Assembly (NCBI GenBank): GCA_002633005.1
Contig: NMRA01000055.1
Span: 800,282 to 864,281, forward strand
DNA: 64,000 nt
Origin: Phoronis australis
Lineage: Eukaryota > Animalia > Phoronida
Direction of reading: 5' to 3'
In this document: positions 1 to 13,700 of the stretch, piece after piece
Layout: each line of letters opens with the position of its first letter
Numbering within the stretch: the first letter of the stretch is position 1
Made by a program: the position numbers and the translations under genes
The notes under the pieces: generated by a model
What the model was told of the DNA's origin: nothing
The model's input: only the letters and a program-made list of their open reading frames with translations
Databases searched by the model: none

Positions 1-828
1 GACAGTACTTCAACCGAGGCAACAGTCAGGAAATTACGTCAGTGCTTTGCCACGCATGGACTGCCCGTAATGATTGTGTCTGACAACGGTTCTGGTTTCG
101 CCAGTGCTGATTTTGCCAAGTTCTGTCGGAACAATGGTATTAAACATACGTTTAGTGCGCCGTACCACCCTGCGAGTAATGGTGCGGCCGAGGCTGCGGT
201 TAAAATCGTCAAGACCGGAATGGCCAGGTTGGAAGGCGACATGGAAACCCGCCTTTACACATTCTTAGCGCGTCATCGCATTACACCACACTCTGCGACA
301 GGTAGACCACCCGCAGAATTATTAATGTCGAGGAGGCCGCGTTCACGTTTGGACTTAGCTGTGCCGGACCTCAGACAGCGTGTTCTACAGAAACAGTCAA
401 GTGCGCAACGCGCACATGACACACGTGACTTTTGCGCCGGAGATACGGTACTTGTGAGAAACTTCGCCGGCACACCTACCTGGGTCCCTGGTATGATCAT
501 AGAACAACGAGGACCCGTGTCATTTTCTGTGGAGTTGCCCGATAAACGGATTTGGAGGCGTCACGTAGACCACATAGTACGACGCACACCGGAAGACAAC
601 CCATCTTCAACCACGTTTGGCCCACCGCCAAGTAACTTACCGCCGCCACAAGCCTTCGTACCGCCAACTCGGTTGACGGAACAACCTTCTACGCCTGTGG
701 TCGATCCCACTGCGGATTCGAACGCTACTACCGTACGATTACCCGTAGAAAATCCACCAACGGATTCGTCTGTAGTTGTGACACGTTCCGGAAGGAAATC
801 AATCCAACCAGACAGGCTGAACTTTTAA
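1..828 (+). mobile_element. Ty3/Gypsy LTR retrotransposon pol, 3' part (integrase core and C-terminal domain), truncated by the window start
   Basis: Open frame from the window edge to TAA at 828. It contains IVSDNGSGF, SAPYHPASNGAAE (integrase DDE core), TPHSATGRPPAELL and WVPG..RGPVSF..WRRHVDHI, all typical of Gypsy integrases. Confidence 0.95.
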
Positions 829-1023
829 TTACTACTTATTATAACTAGCTTCAGTCATCAGTAGGATCACCTTACAGCAAACAGCAGTGTAATACATCGT
901 TTTAGTTATGACTGGACACTTAGTATCGTTTTACAAACAAGACTGCTGACAGTGTGTTACATGCATGTTTGTGTTTAGTTTGAAGTGTTCCTCCATGTTT
1001 ATTTACGTTTGCAGTAGTCAGCT

Positions 1024-1204
1024 AAGGGTAGAGGGATGTTGTGTATTGGTAATGCTACTTGTGGTTTTCCTTAGAATATAGTCACGTGGTATTTATGCCC
1101 ACAAGCCACGTGCTCATCCCCTTCTTGTATTAGTTCTCCAAGCGAATAGACGTATTATAATTTACTCTCATCTGTGTTGTTTTACTGGTTCTACGAACAC
1201 AACA
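1024..1204 (+). mobile_element. Polypurine tract (1024-1036) and 3' LTR (1037-1204, 168 bp) of the Gypsy element
   Basis: AAGGGTAGAGGGA is followed directly by TGTTGTGT (1037). The segment ends in the perfect inverted repeat ACACAACA (1197-1204), fitting the TG...CA rule. Confidence 0.85.
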
Positions 1205-1748
1205 GATTCCAAAGTACATTCATCGTGCATTGTCAATAGACAACTACAAGAACCGCTAGCACCAATAGCCCACACTGTCAAGATGGCTGAAAAATAATTG
1301 CTGAAGTCATCATTTTTTCTAGCTTTTAACCGATTCATGAAACACGCGTGACTTGCAGCATGTAAGATGTAGGGAAACAACATTTACTTAAGTTCCCATT
1401 GTATGTCAACATGTCAATCTCAATACGGCATGGAAATTATTTGCAAACATTTAATTCCCGTAAGCATGCCATCTGTTGGCCACATCACGTGGCCTAAGTG
1501 CTTATTGTTTGTACAAAAGTGATCAGACATTGAAAAATTGAAAAACGACCATTTTGGCAATTACCTTATGCAAAGTAAGCTCGGAATTACTGATAGGTGC
1601 AAAATTTATAGGCGTATAACAGGATTCAACAGGTAAGTATGCAGGCATTCAAGAGATTTGGCGTGAAATTGTCAAATGACTTTGACATGCCGTTATTGTG
1701 AACAAAATTTGCTTAACCCAATAGATGTGTCCTGTTTTTATATTTCAG

Positions 1749-4700
1749 GATGTGGCAGTAAGTGAATTACGTGACATATTTGAGAAACGCCAGAGCTGCA
1801 TCATGCCTATGCCAGACCGGGAGAAACCCGGAAAGTTGCCCCCTAAACCTATTGTTGGATTGAAGCCCGCTGTTGCTGCGAAACCTGCGGGGAAAGTCCC
1901 TCCAAGACTTGAAAAAGTCCTTTCACCGAGTGAGGAAGCACCTGAAATTCCTGCTCGCAATGAGGGAAATGTTGCTAAGCGACTTGGGTCTGTGAAGTCA
2001 CCCTTGTTTCCAGATGGACCACAAATAAATCTACAAGATATACGGCAAAACCTGAAGAAATTGAATCATGTGGAACGCAAGTCAGTGTCTGCGCTGACTG
2101 CAAACTTTGAGTGCAAAAATGAATCTGCTCAAGTGAAGACAACACCACCTTTCAAAAAACTCAGAAATATTGATGAAAACAAAAATGGCGGAGAAGAGAA
2201 CAAAAATGTTGCAAGTAATGACAGTAGTAAGGTGATTGATTCGAGTGCAGAAGATGCTGACGTTTGTTCACCACTACGTACCCCTCCACCACCGAAAACT
2301 AAACCCAAACCCGTACCACCTTCAAGAAAAGACAGCCTCAGTCACGAGGAAGCAGATGAAATAATAGAGATCAACAACATAAAATACAAGAAGTGTCATT
2401 TACCAGCTTCTTTGGGGGATGCTCCAGAAAAACCTGCAAAGCCACCGAATGCTGTTTTATCAAGAACAAACAGTGCTCATGTGCAGCGGCGACTGCCAAG
2501 TTTACCTCCTGGTGCGTTATTTTTTCTGTCATCACCCTCTTACTTACTTCAGCTCAGCATAACGAAAAATTCAGTGACTCTGAATAATTTATTTTTCACC
2601 TTTAGGTCAATTTATTTGGCTTCATGGTTTTTAACATCGTCAAAACTTGTTTTTCTACATGTTTCGTTAAATCTCGTACAACTGGGAGCCATTTTGTTTA
2701 GACTTAAGCTGTTCCAACAGTGCTTAACCGCCATGTATGTCTTTGATCCAGATTGTTTTACATGTTCCCATCTTTAATAAATTAATCAAAGTTAATGAGC
2801 AATTCTGCATTTTAAATTTTTTCCTGTAATGTGATAATCCTTTCATCAAAAAAGATTTGATTAGGTCAGAAGCATTGATGGTATGTGGGACCTCATAAAC
2901 ATGTCAGAGTTTTCAGCCAAATATCTGCAAAACTAATGAACATTGGTGTATTGTCCTAATAATGCTTTAGCGATCAAAGCAAAATGTTGAACATGAAAAT
3001 CTGCGTAGTTGCACTGATTTTTAAATTTCTTTCTTTGACTTGACCAAAGTCTTATATAATTTGCTGTCGACATACCTTTCTTTTTTTTGCTAAATTTTTA
3101 AAAGATTGTAAAAAGTTGACAAGGCTTTCTACTTTCAGAAAATACATTGTCGTGAGTTAAAATTAATACTTTTCTAGATATTGGGCCAAACGCAGACTTG
3201 TTGATAAGGTCCTAAGGTCCTACACAACCTTGACATAGCTTTTGGTGATAATTAAAAGTATGTTGAATCCAAAGTTTAGAAACCTAATTTAGAATTAATT
3301 TCTCGACAAATATTTTCAGGTGGGAGAAGTAACCAAGCTGTGTCGCTAATGTAAGTGATTGAATATTTTAACTGAACTGTCAGTGTATGAAAATTGACAA
3401 TTTTTGGACATATTCTGCAGCGTTTACTTGTATTTCCAAACTAGTGAGGTCACGTGCTTGATTTGTAATGATGCATGGCAATATTTTACGAAGATGTGCA
3501 TGATCCCACTAAACTCACAAAAGACTAGCCTTAGTGATTCAAGCTACTATAAGGTACTGGACATGCTCGCAAAGGGAGTGAGAACAACCATCACACAGTA
3601 TGTGATGCAGGGTGGAGAAACAATTCACTGTTGGGATCATCTTCTGAATGTAATGGGCAGACCTTTGAAACAATGGATGGATATCAAGTCACGACTTGAC
3701 TCCCATTATTAAAAAATAATCAAATTATGATTCATGTCACGTGTGTGGTTTTGTAGCTTGAAAAAGGTGGATGTCACGGCGATTTTTGTTGAGTTTAAAA
3801 TTAGAAATCACATCATGACATCACTATTGGTTGAGAGTTATGATTCTCTTGCATGGAATGCTCGCTATCAACTGCTTCTGTGATGACATAGCTCAGTTTT
3901 CACGGCCATCCCATTTCTGCACCACTCTAGAGAACCGACACCGGAATCTGAAGAAGAAGAAGAAGTTTATGATGACAATGTGGAACCTCCCCCTGACGTA
4001 CCCCAGCGGCCGTCTGAAAGAACGAGAATGCTACCTTCAGAGCCTGAAGAAGGTGATTAGCTAGAACTCGAGTGTCCTTTAGTTTGCACTTTTATCAATG
4101 ATAATTAGTCTTGCATGATGAGGAGATTGTGCAACTGATTAATATCAAACGAGTGTGGCACCATATGTAGGCTTTTGTACAATCATTTTATCACTCACGG
4201 TGTAGTTGCTGCATGAAAACTCTGGGACATGAATTTAGTTGACATAAAGATAGTAAGACTAAGGCCTTGGCCGGTATTTGCCAAAAGCTACATATATGCA
4301 CCGTTTGAAGACACGAATTTACTTTAAAAGGGGACTGTAGTCAAAATAATGTTGCAGTTAATCGGTTCTAACATAAAAATAAAACTCACATTTGCCTGAC
4401 TTGCGTGCCAAACAAAAGCCAATTCGTATTCATGGTCAAAACACTGAATTCTGAAAGCGATAGCTGATTGGCTGATGTGTCAGTGACGTGAACGGCGGGG
4501 TATCGGCTGCTTTGCACATTCATTGCTTATGTCATATTTGAAGAGTTTACATCGTAATTAATCATTGTATCAATCGTCCTTATTTTTTATTGTTTGCCAC
4601 AGTGCTGTAAAGGTTCGCTATGCCTTTTTGTATGGTACCTGGTTGCTCAAACTCTTCGAAAAAGGCGTCTTCTAAAGGGATGGTCATCGCATACCATCGC

Positions 4701-7700
4701 CGGGTTACCCAAGCCTTGGCCCAAAGCTCAGTGTATGCTAGATATAGGCCTACAGGTTTAAGCCGATATGGGTAAAAACTGTGCAAATAAAATCTGACTC
4801 AAATAAATGTCATTAAAACTAAGTCATCCTTGAGTAAACCTAGGAAACAGGTTCCTAGAGTAAACTAACTTCTGTATTTACCGGTGTTGGAAATGTTAGC
4901 GATCGTTCATCGGCTGGTGCTAGTAAAATTGTGATGTGTTTTCTTGAGTCGGCTTTTTGCGATTACGTCACCTGACCTTTACCAGTTTCTTTTCCCCCTG
5001 ATTCTTTTATCATGTGTTCGTCGCTGACGGTACCTAGATTGCGTACATGTTATAACAAATTATCGGAGCTTGTTTCATTTTGTTTCAAGTTTTTAGTATT
5101 TTTACACCAGCAAACCGAATTTTAGAACAACCTTGGTGCTGCGAAGCTGTTATGATGTCCCGAAAGACGTCTCAAATTTTTATGAAATGGCGCGTGCGCC
5201 GTGTCACGAGCGTGCTGTTCTTGAAACGGACAACACACTTCTTTGTTAAAAAGGCGGCAAATTATGCTACCAAAGGACGTTTATTTGATTGTTTTCCACT
5301 TAAACGGCTGCAACGAACAATGGAAGTGTCGGGTGACTATATCAGATTTTGCATGCGCCCCCGCCGGTCCGTTAGCTTTATATGTTGATGTAGCCTAAGT
5401 TTTACGACGAGGTGACGAGCATAACTGAGTCAACTATACCCGGGTAGTCAACGGCTGTCTGAAATTTCGGGGTTAACGGAGCTCAACACACAGTGGTACG
5501 ATAGTCTTCATACAGGTACAGTCGGTAACTTACCAACCCTTCAAGTTTACAGAGCTGCCGGAGTATTGGCTGACAACTGGCTGACTGGATGGCTAGAGTC
5601 CACATTGCCCTCGGCACAGTCACTGACACCAGTTACACCGGCAAATTTTCGTCTGACGATGACGATGACTAGGTATCACTTTGTGTTGCCTTGGCTCAAA
5701 CAGGTATCCCTTGTGACCCGAAATTTCACACTAAAATTTCTTATTCCGACAATATAAAAAACGCTACTTGATTGCACGCTAACACAGGACAGTGACCTTG
5801 CCCCCGCCAAATACGTCACGAGACTAAGCAGCGCTCCAAGCCGGTAATTTTTTGAGCTTCGTTAGAGAACATAAGTTTAATTTTTGGTGTTGAATTATTT
5901 GTGAAATTAATCACCAATTCATAGAAAACTATCCAGAATTTATTCAGAATAAAATACAGTTCCCTTTTAATGGTGTATCAACTTGGAAGCAATTTTGAGA
6001 ATTTGTGAGAAATAATACTAAAGAAGTTATTTATCTTCTCGTAAAGAAAACATTTTTTTATTATCTGAAATTGAGTACTTTTACCACGTTTTACTTGATT
6101 TTTGTTAACTTTTGATTTTGACATCAAAAAGTAAGTTTACCTTACCATTTTTGTGTGAACAAGAATTTAACCCATTAAACGGTAATGTGACTGCCATGAA
6201 AAAAGTGTGATGGTTTGAGATAGACATTGCTCTCATGCATTCACTCTTCTAGATTTCATGTTTTCACCATTTATTATGGCATTGTCAAGGAAACAGAACC
6301 TCATCAAGTGTTCATGTGACCATGTTATGATTCAGTAATGCATAAAAGTATCCCAGTTAACACCCAGAAAGTTGGATTTGACAGAATTAGAAAAAAAAAA
6401 TTAAAATTGGGTGAATCAGATAAGCTCAATGTAACCGTAACCAAACATAGACATTTAAAATGCCATTTTTTGTTTACTTAGTTGTCTTGATCTAATTAAA
6501 CGTTTAAGTGATTATACCTTTAGTATGGTCTCCGACGCTGGAATATTTTAAACAGATAATAAGGAGCAGCTGTAGACATATGGGGAATAATTTCAACTAA
6601 TAAAAAGCAATATTAGTATATCTGTTTTTTCTCCTAATTTCCATTAAGTTGAGAAAATGGACACATGTAAGAGTTCTGTATGAAATTCTTATTTAATAGA
6701 ATTTTTTGTCCTCTGGTAAGAAAAAAGTCACAAAATGGATGATTTAAGTAGTGGTTCACTGACGATAGTTCCAGAAAGTTGACTTAAATTTTGAATGTTA
6801 AAGGTGCATTAATTGTCTTTTGCAACCTGAAAAAGATATCTTTTAAGAGTTTAAAAAGTTGAAGCTCTCTCAAACTTGTCTTGGAGTTTCCCTTGCCATG
6901 GTAGCAATTGATATCTACCATGATTAAAAGGAATTGAAGGACCTCTTGACATTCTCTTGAAGTAACCCAGTTTTTAACAGGAAGGCACACCCCATAAATA
7001 CTGATTGCTTTATGATACTCATTGTATGTACTTGATGACATGTTTAGAGATGGAATTCATTTTATCATTTTGTGGGAAGTTTTTAAACACAATCGGTTTG
7101 TGCCTTGGACAAACCTGCTCCAGTGTAGCTGTCGAGTGAACAAGGACTTCCCCATTAAGAGGCCTGTTGAAGATTGTTTTCAATAGATCACGCAGTTACA
7201 ACTAGTCTTCATACCAATGTGAGCCTCTGAAAGGTGTCCTGAATGGTTTATTGACGTTTCAAATTTTAAGTCGTGTTTCTGAACCAGAAACCCGCATTGC
7301 TCTAATGTGTCTTTTTGCGAGTTTGTTTTCTGAATAATAACTCTTCATAAAACCATGTTCTCGCTCTGTAAGACAAAAATTCTTAAGTTGTATTTCGAAT
7401 TGTCAGGAATTTCTTACTGAACACATGATCCATGTATCAATATGTATTGTCCATGTTCTCAATTTCCTGGAAATTTGGCACGAAAAACAGATATTACATT
7501 TTTAGTGTTTCAGATACTAAGTACGAACTGTCATTCATTGAGTGAAGAAGATAAAAACTAAATATTTAACACAATTTTTGAAAAAGGGTTTTTAATTCTG
7601 AAAATGGAAAGCCTGTAGAATATGATTTTCGTTTTTTTACAATCTACCATTAGTTGGGTCAAATATCCATTTTTGATAAAATTTAGCAAAAAAAAAAAAC

Positions 7701-10700
7701 AACTATGCAGCAAAACAACAGCATCAATAACATGGGCAAATTTCATTTCACAATTATTCAAGATGATCTCAAACTGTGCTGTTATAGTTTTTTAAGTTAG
7801 CATTTCATTTTCGTTTTACGCAATTTTAGATTTCTTTTCTTGAAAATCATAAATTCCTGTTTTTTTGGGGTGGGGCATAATAAGATCTACTGTGTACATG
7901 GGATTGTCATCAATACTGAACCTTGTACCTCAGTAATATCACTAGATAATATTGATGTGCACACACAAAGTTGGTTCATAGATTTTAAGCATGTACAACC
8001 AACTGCAGGAATTAACAGGTTTTCTGTTTTTTTTTGTTCCAGAAGAGACCTATGATGATGTTGGAAATGAGGTAATATGATTGAAAAAATATTCTTGTCA
8101 AAGACAACGTAATTTTGTTGCACAACACTAACTCTTTTCCTACACTTTTCAATCCTGTTGCTAAAATGTCTTCAAGTGTTAACAATTAGTATAACTGCTT
8201 CATCGATGGATACAAATTATTAATGGCGAGCTCAACGGGCATTGAAAAATAGTGGTTGACATTGTTTAAAGTTGAATGAATGCACCGACAAAATGTGAGA
8301 TTGTGAAGGGAGTGATGTAGTGATTTTGTTTCAGCAGGTGCTATGAGAGATTGAATGAGTCAAACATTCGCTGTTCATTTCAGCCTGAAGACGGAATTGT
8401 TGAGGAAGACATCTACGAAGAGTTTGAGGGGGATCGGTAGGTAGTTACAGTATATGTAAAAAGTATCCACACACAAATCTGGTTCCCATGACGACAGGTA
8501 GTGTGCCACAGGACATTCAATGCCATGAGCTTGGCTGACACGATACGGAATTCCGCGTAATTGTGTCCATCAATTATTTTTGGTGTATATTTAGGAATCG
8601 TTTTCTATTTCTTAATTTGAAACACTCTTGGACCTTTGAAAGCAAATTTCGAATTCCTCTAAATGCTTTTTTCAAAAATAAAAATTAAATTTAAATTTAA
8701 AAGGTATGAGCACAGCCTCAAAAATCGCTTTGACATTATATTCATGTTCTCATTCATTCCCTTGCATGCATTGACAAGTAAGACTGAAGTCAGAGGAGTG
8801 GGACAACTTTGTGCAATGCTTGACTGTCAGCCAGTAAAGCCAGGATTCGAACCCGGATCTCCCAAACGGGAGTCCCGAGCTCACACCGCTGAGCTACACC
8901 GTCTCTTCAAATTGAAAATCGTTGTAAAAACCATTTTCTTGACTAATATTATGATAACACCAAGAATCTTTGCATTCCATTTAATCTTTCAATATGTATA
9001 GTAAGTGCTTGTTGGGCTCTGGCATGGAAAACTTGGAAACATGATATCTGACAAAAATCAGTTTCTATGCAGGAACTTGGAAAAAAACAAATGTAATAAG
9101 GTAAAAACTCATGGAAAATTGAAAATTCTTCGTGTTGCTAGTCATATCCTAAGTTCATGTATTCAGTTGTTTAGGCTGTCAACAAAAATGCTGTTTGCAA
9201 CTCAAAGGGGGTGGGGGTGGGGTGTCCATGGGTTTACTCCCTCCTCGGGGTGGTGACCAAAAATACCTTTGGTGCAATAAATCAACATTGGTGGCACAGT
9301 AAACCCATGTCACTAAAATCTAACCTTGCTTGCCAGTCTACGACCCCGCTTCGCTGAATATCATAGATCCACCTTCATTGAGAAGTTGCGTGGGTAAAAT
9401 CTTACCAATTTCGGACAAAAATAATTGCCAAAATTATCTTTTTTATTTTAATTTCTAACTCTGATCATGTTGAGAATGCCACACTTTCTCAAAACTGTCT
9501 GGTGGTAGCAGTGACATAGAGCTTCAGAGTAATAAAATATTTATTTAGTGCTACATAATCTTTAAAAAAAAATAAAAACAAAGTGTCACTTGTCTGCCAT
9601 TGGAGAGATATTACTGTAAAACTGGTATCTTATGATTAGTGGTATTCTGTACTTATGTAGTACGCAATACGGGCGACAAACGAAATTCTGTTTTTTGTAG
9701 AGTTTCTTCACAAAAGTAAAGATTAGGAAAATTTTAGTCCATTTCTAGCATGGTCTTTTCTGAGTTTAGAAGTCATAAAACTACTGTTAGTAAACTTTCC
9801 ACTGTTTGTAGTATTACTTTTAACCTTTTGGACAATTTTGGCAATTATTTTTGTGCAAAATATATGAAGAATTACCATAGATCAGGAATAATTGCATAAC
9901 ATTCTACTTTATTTTTCTGACTGTTTAGAAGTGAAATTTATGACGATACTGATCCAGCCATGCCTCAGGAAAGTGCCGAAGATAAGGAGAAACGGCTGAA
10001 AGAAGAGAAAGAACGAAAGGCTAAGGAAGAAAAGGAGAGGAAAGAGCGAGAAAAACAAGAAAGGGAAGAAAAGAAGAAAAAGGAAAAAGAAGAAAAGGTG
10101 GAAAATTGAAAATTGTTAAAACCCACATGCAGCTGTGGTTAACATTTTGGGCTTGGGAGGGGGGTTAGTGACTTAGCAATTTGAGATTGTTGTAAATCAC
10201 GAATGTCATTCACACACAATAGGCCCTTTGAAGTTGACATGCAAGGTCAATGAATGCAGTTGTTTATTACCCCTCATGAATTGGTGAATAGCCAAGCCCG
10301 TAATGAAAACGGTAGAAATGCCCGCATTCCGTTACTAACTTTAAATTTAGACCACTGAACGTTATGAAATAGGTCTCAAATGGTTCTCTAGTCAAAACAG
10401 GATGCGATTTTGGGACTTGGAAAGAACTAATAGTTGGTTATCGCCTAAGACATGGCTCTACAAGCTGACTTGTCATGGCGTGCCATTTCATTTGTCGAGC
10501 ATAGTCATGTGGTAGTAATGAACTGTTCATTCTGTGCAAGACCAAAAGTCTCATCTGAGTACGGAACAATTTGAGACCAATTTTACAGCGGTAAGAAGTC
10601 TAAATGGAAAGTGGTTTCTTTGAAGGAACATGGCTACATAGTTTATTTTGGTAACTTACTTTCATAGAGACTGTCCTCTATTCACTACTTGCACGAATTT

Positions 10701-13700
10701 GACATTATGCTTGAAAACGAGGCGTTGCGTCCAAGCTACAATGGGTTCTGCATGTTTGAAACATGGTGCTTTCACGTTTGCGTTGTTAAAATTGATGCTA
10801 AAATGAGGTATTGTGTCCTTAGCAACAATGCACAACAATCATTTTTGCATTGCCACCGAAGTTTGCAAATAGTGAATAGTGACCTTTTATCAAATTCAAT
10901 GTATGAATCATCAACAGTGTCTGAGTGAGTCAATGTTATTGGTTTGTTTGTCTGCTTTGTGGCAATGAAGTCAAATTTTTCATTATTCGCTGTGAGATGG
11001 AGTCGTTGTTTATCAATTTATTATATTATATTTTTATACGTTATTGACTTGGAAATTCGTAGAAGACAGTATTGCAGGCTCTCAGCAAATGCTTACTATT
11101 TGCTTGACTGTGTACTCATTGTGTTAATATATTGATTGTAATCAATTCTAGGAACGTTTAAAAAAACTGAAGGAAGATGAAAAAGAACGGAAGAAAAAAG
11201 CTGATGAAGAGAAGAAGATACTTGCCAAGTTTAAGGTAGTACTGGACGGATTTGACTTTTGTAATGGATTTTTGCTAATGCCATTGGAAATTTTCAAACG
11301 TGGCTTATGTCATTTCTGGTCACTACTGTTTTTGTTTCATGCTGTCGCAAATTCTTTTGAATCAGTTTCGTCAAAAGTTTAGTTTCTCAACATGTTGTGC
11401 AACTTTGTAGCTCAATGGAAATGAAGAGCCAATAGACACAGGAATTGTCAAGGAAACGTGTAAAGGAGGGAAATATGAGCTGATGGTCTCGGCGGGGGAG
11501 CAGCTTTTCATCATTCGCAAGACGGACACGCCGGCTGGGAAATGGCTGGTTAAAAATAAAGATGGAAAATGTGAGTGATGTGTTTAGGTTGCACTGTTTG
11601 AGACTTGCGAATAAGTACTAATTGGAAGATTTTGATTAAAGCGCTAGTTAAATTATTGTTCAATCATTTTTTGTTGATGACAAGGCTAAAAAATCCGTTC
11701 CCCATTTTGCATCTGTTTTTTGGTTCATTTTCAAGAAACAAAATTTGGTAATTACAGTTTCTGTACTGCATTATGATTTAGGAACAACTTCTATCCTTGA
11801 GAATGCACTGAAAGCAGTAAAAGCCTAATATCCAGAGTAGCCTGGTTTCCTGCCTTATAACAACTGTATCACTGGGGATTTGTTACTACATCACTGGAGC
11901 CGGGATCTAATCTTTTTACTCAAACTCGAAATTATTAACGGTATTTTCTGTTTTACTTTTGTGCAAACTCAAAATAAGTGTCTTGAGTACATAATGGCTT
12001 ACATGGACAACTTTCTACTCTCAGTTTCCACTTGATGACAGCATTTTAAAAGGTCAAAAGTTTGAGTTTGAACTCGAAATTTTGAGTATGTTCTCGAAGT
12101 CTCGAGTCTTTACATGTGTTTGTAGCACGAATATTGGTATAACCTAGTGCAAGCTTGGACTAGTAACTCATACATAAACTGTAACATACGCGAGCACAGA
12201 CTAATAGACACTTATCTTGAGTTTGCACGAAAATAGAATAGAAAATGCCAAAAATTATTTTGAGTTTGATGTCGAGTACAAAGATTAGACCCTCGGGCTC
12301 TGGTGTTCGGCTGTATCAATCAAGAACTCACAACAAAAAGGCACTGAGTTAATTAAAAGTACAATGCAGTGGTGGAGAAATTAATTTGTTTGCATTTTTT
12401 GATGAGGCAATAAGTGATCATTTTTTATACGAACTGAACATTTGCTTAATTTTAATTTTACAGATGGTTATGTCAATGCATCAATTGTCGAGGTAAGAAA
12501 TGCACTTTTTATTTTAATTGCTTGAACATGTTATGGTAGCTCTCCAACTACTTATCAGGCATTATAGCGGACAAGGGAAATTTTATTTTGTCAAAATTTC
12601 TTAACACAAGTAAAGGCTAAGAAAAATTTATAGGTAGACTTTACTGGCATAAAATATTTGCCAAAGTTTCCATTTTTCTAAAAAAGTAATCGTCCTTTGA
12701 AGAATATAAATTTCTCAATTTTTGGCCACAAAGCTTGCGATAGGTCAATTGAAAATCAGCGAGCTTCTTGGCCATTGATAACTGTAGGAGCATAGAACCA
12801 AACTTTATTCATAGTTTCATACTTTTCCCTTAAGGTGTCAGTGTGTGCGAATCAATGACATTTTCATAATTATGTTTTTCAGGACAATTCAAATAATGGC
12901 ATTGAAGAGGATGAGTAAGTTTCACTTCTTTAAAAATAAACATATAAATTGGTATGATACATTTTAGGCCAAAAAATAGCCTGATCTGTTCTAGTCTGTG
13001 CCGACTTATTTTGTAAGCTGCGAATCAAAGCTGACATGATGTGGCTTCAGTAAAAAAGGAAGCTGGCTCATTTCAACTGGCATAGGGTCATGCTGAGGGT
13101 AAAAAAGAGTAAACACTGATCCCAATCCATTTCAGATGGGGTTGAGTCATTTTCATTTTAAAATGATGGATAACTTAAAACATCACATTACCTACTCAAT
13201 TTTCAAACGACAGACCTGAACCATTTGTGCTATTTTTGGCCTTGAGAGACACTGATGTGTTGACATGGGTTACTGCACTGTTTAGTAACAAATGGGATGT
13301 AAATTCTCAAGGGTGAGGTAATGTACTCTCAGTTTCCACCACACGTGCACAATATGCTAATATGATGCTTCCACCTCTGGTAACCATTCGAAACTCAGCC
13401 TGTACTGGGACTGTGTGTACTTAGTCAATAGATCGGAGTAGACAAAATTCTTTGATATCAGGAACACTGATTTAGCTTCTTTTGTGTGGAGCAGGGCAGT
13501 TACGGCATTAGCGATGACTTCAGGGCAATAAAATGCTGGCTGAAATAAATTTAACTATCGTGGACTAAAAGTGGTGATTTTGCGATCTGTTTGATTTTTG
13601 AAATTGATTTCCCATTGAAAAGTTTTGTTGGTTTCGTTTTTCTACCAAAGAAATACGATAAATATCAGCCAAAAACGATGTCATTGTTTCAGTTTCTTTA

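Noticed and set aside
1612-1632. Possible 21-nt phase-0 FYB microexon (AYNRIQQ)
   Set aside because: The donor is strong but the acceptor has no good polypyrimidine tract; unsupported without reads.
2512-2777. Hydrophobic C-terminus of the 350-aa ORF
   Set aside because: Translation running into the intron after the donor at 2512, not a membrane anchor.
8840-8904. Possible tRNA gene (minus strand)
   Set aside because: A and B boxes are present but the acceptor and anticodon stems do not pair; treated as a SINE head.
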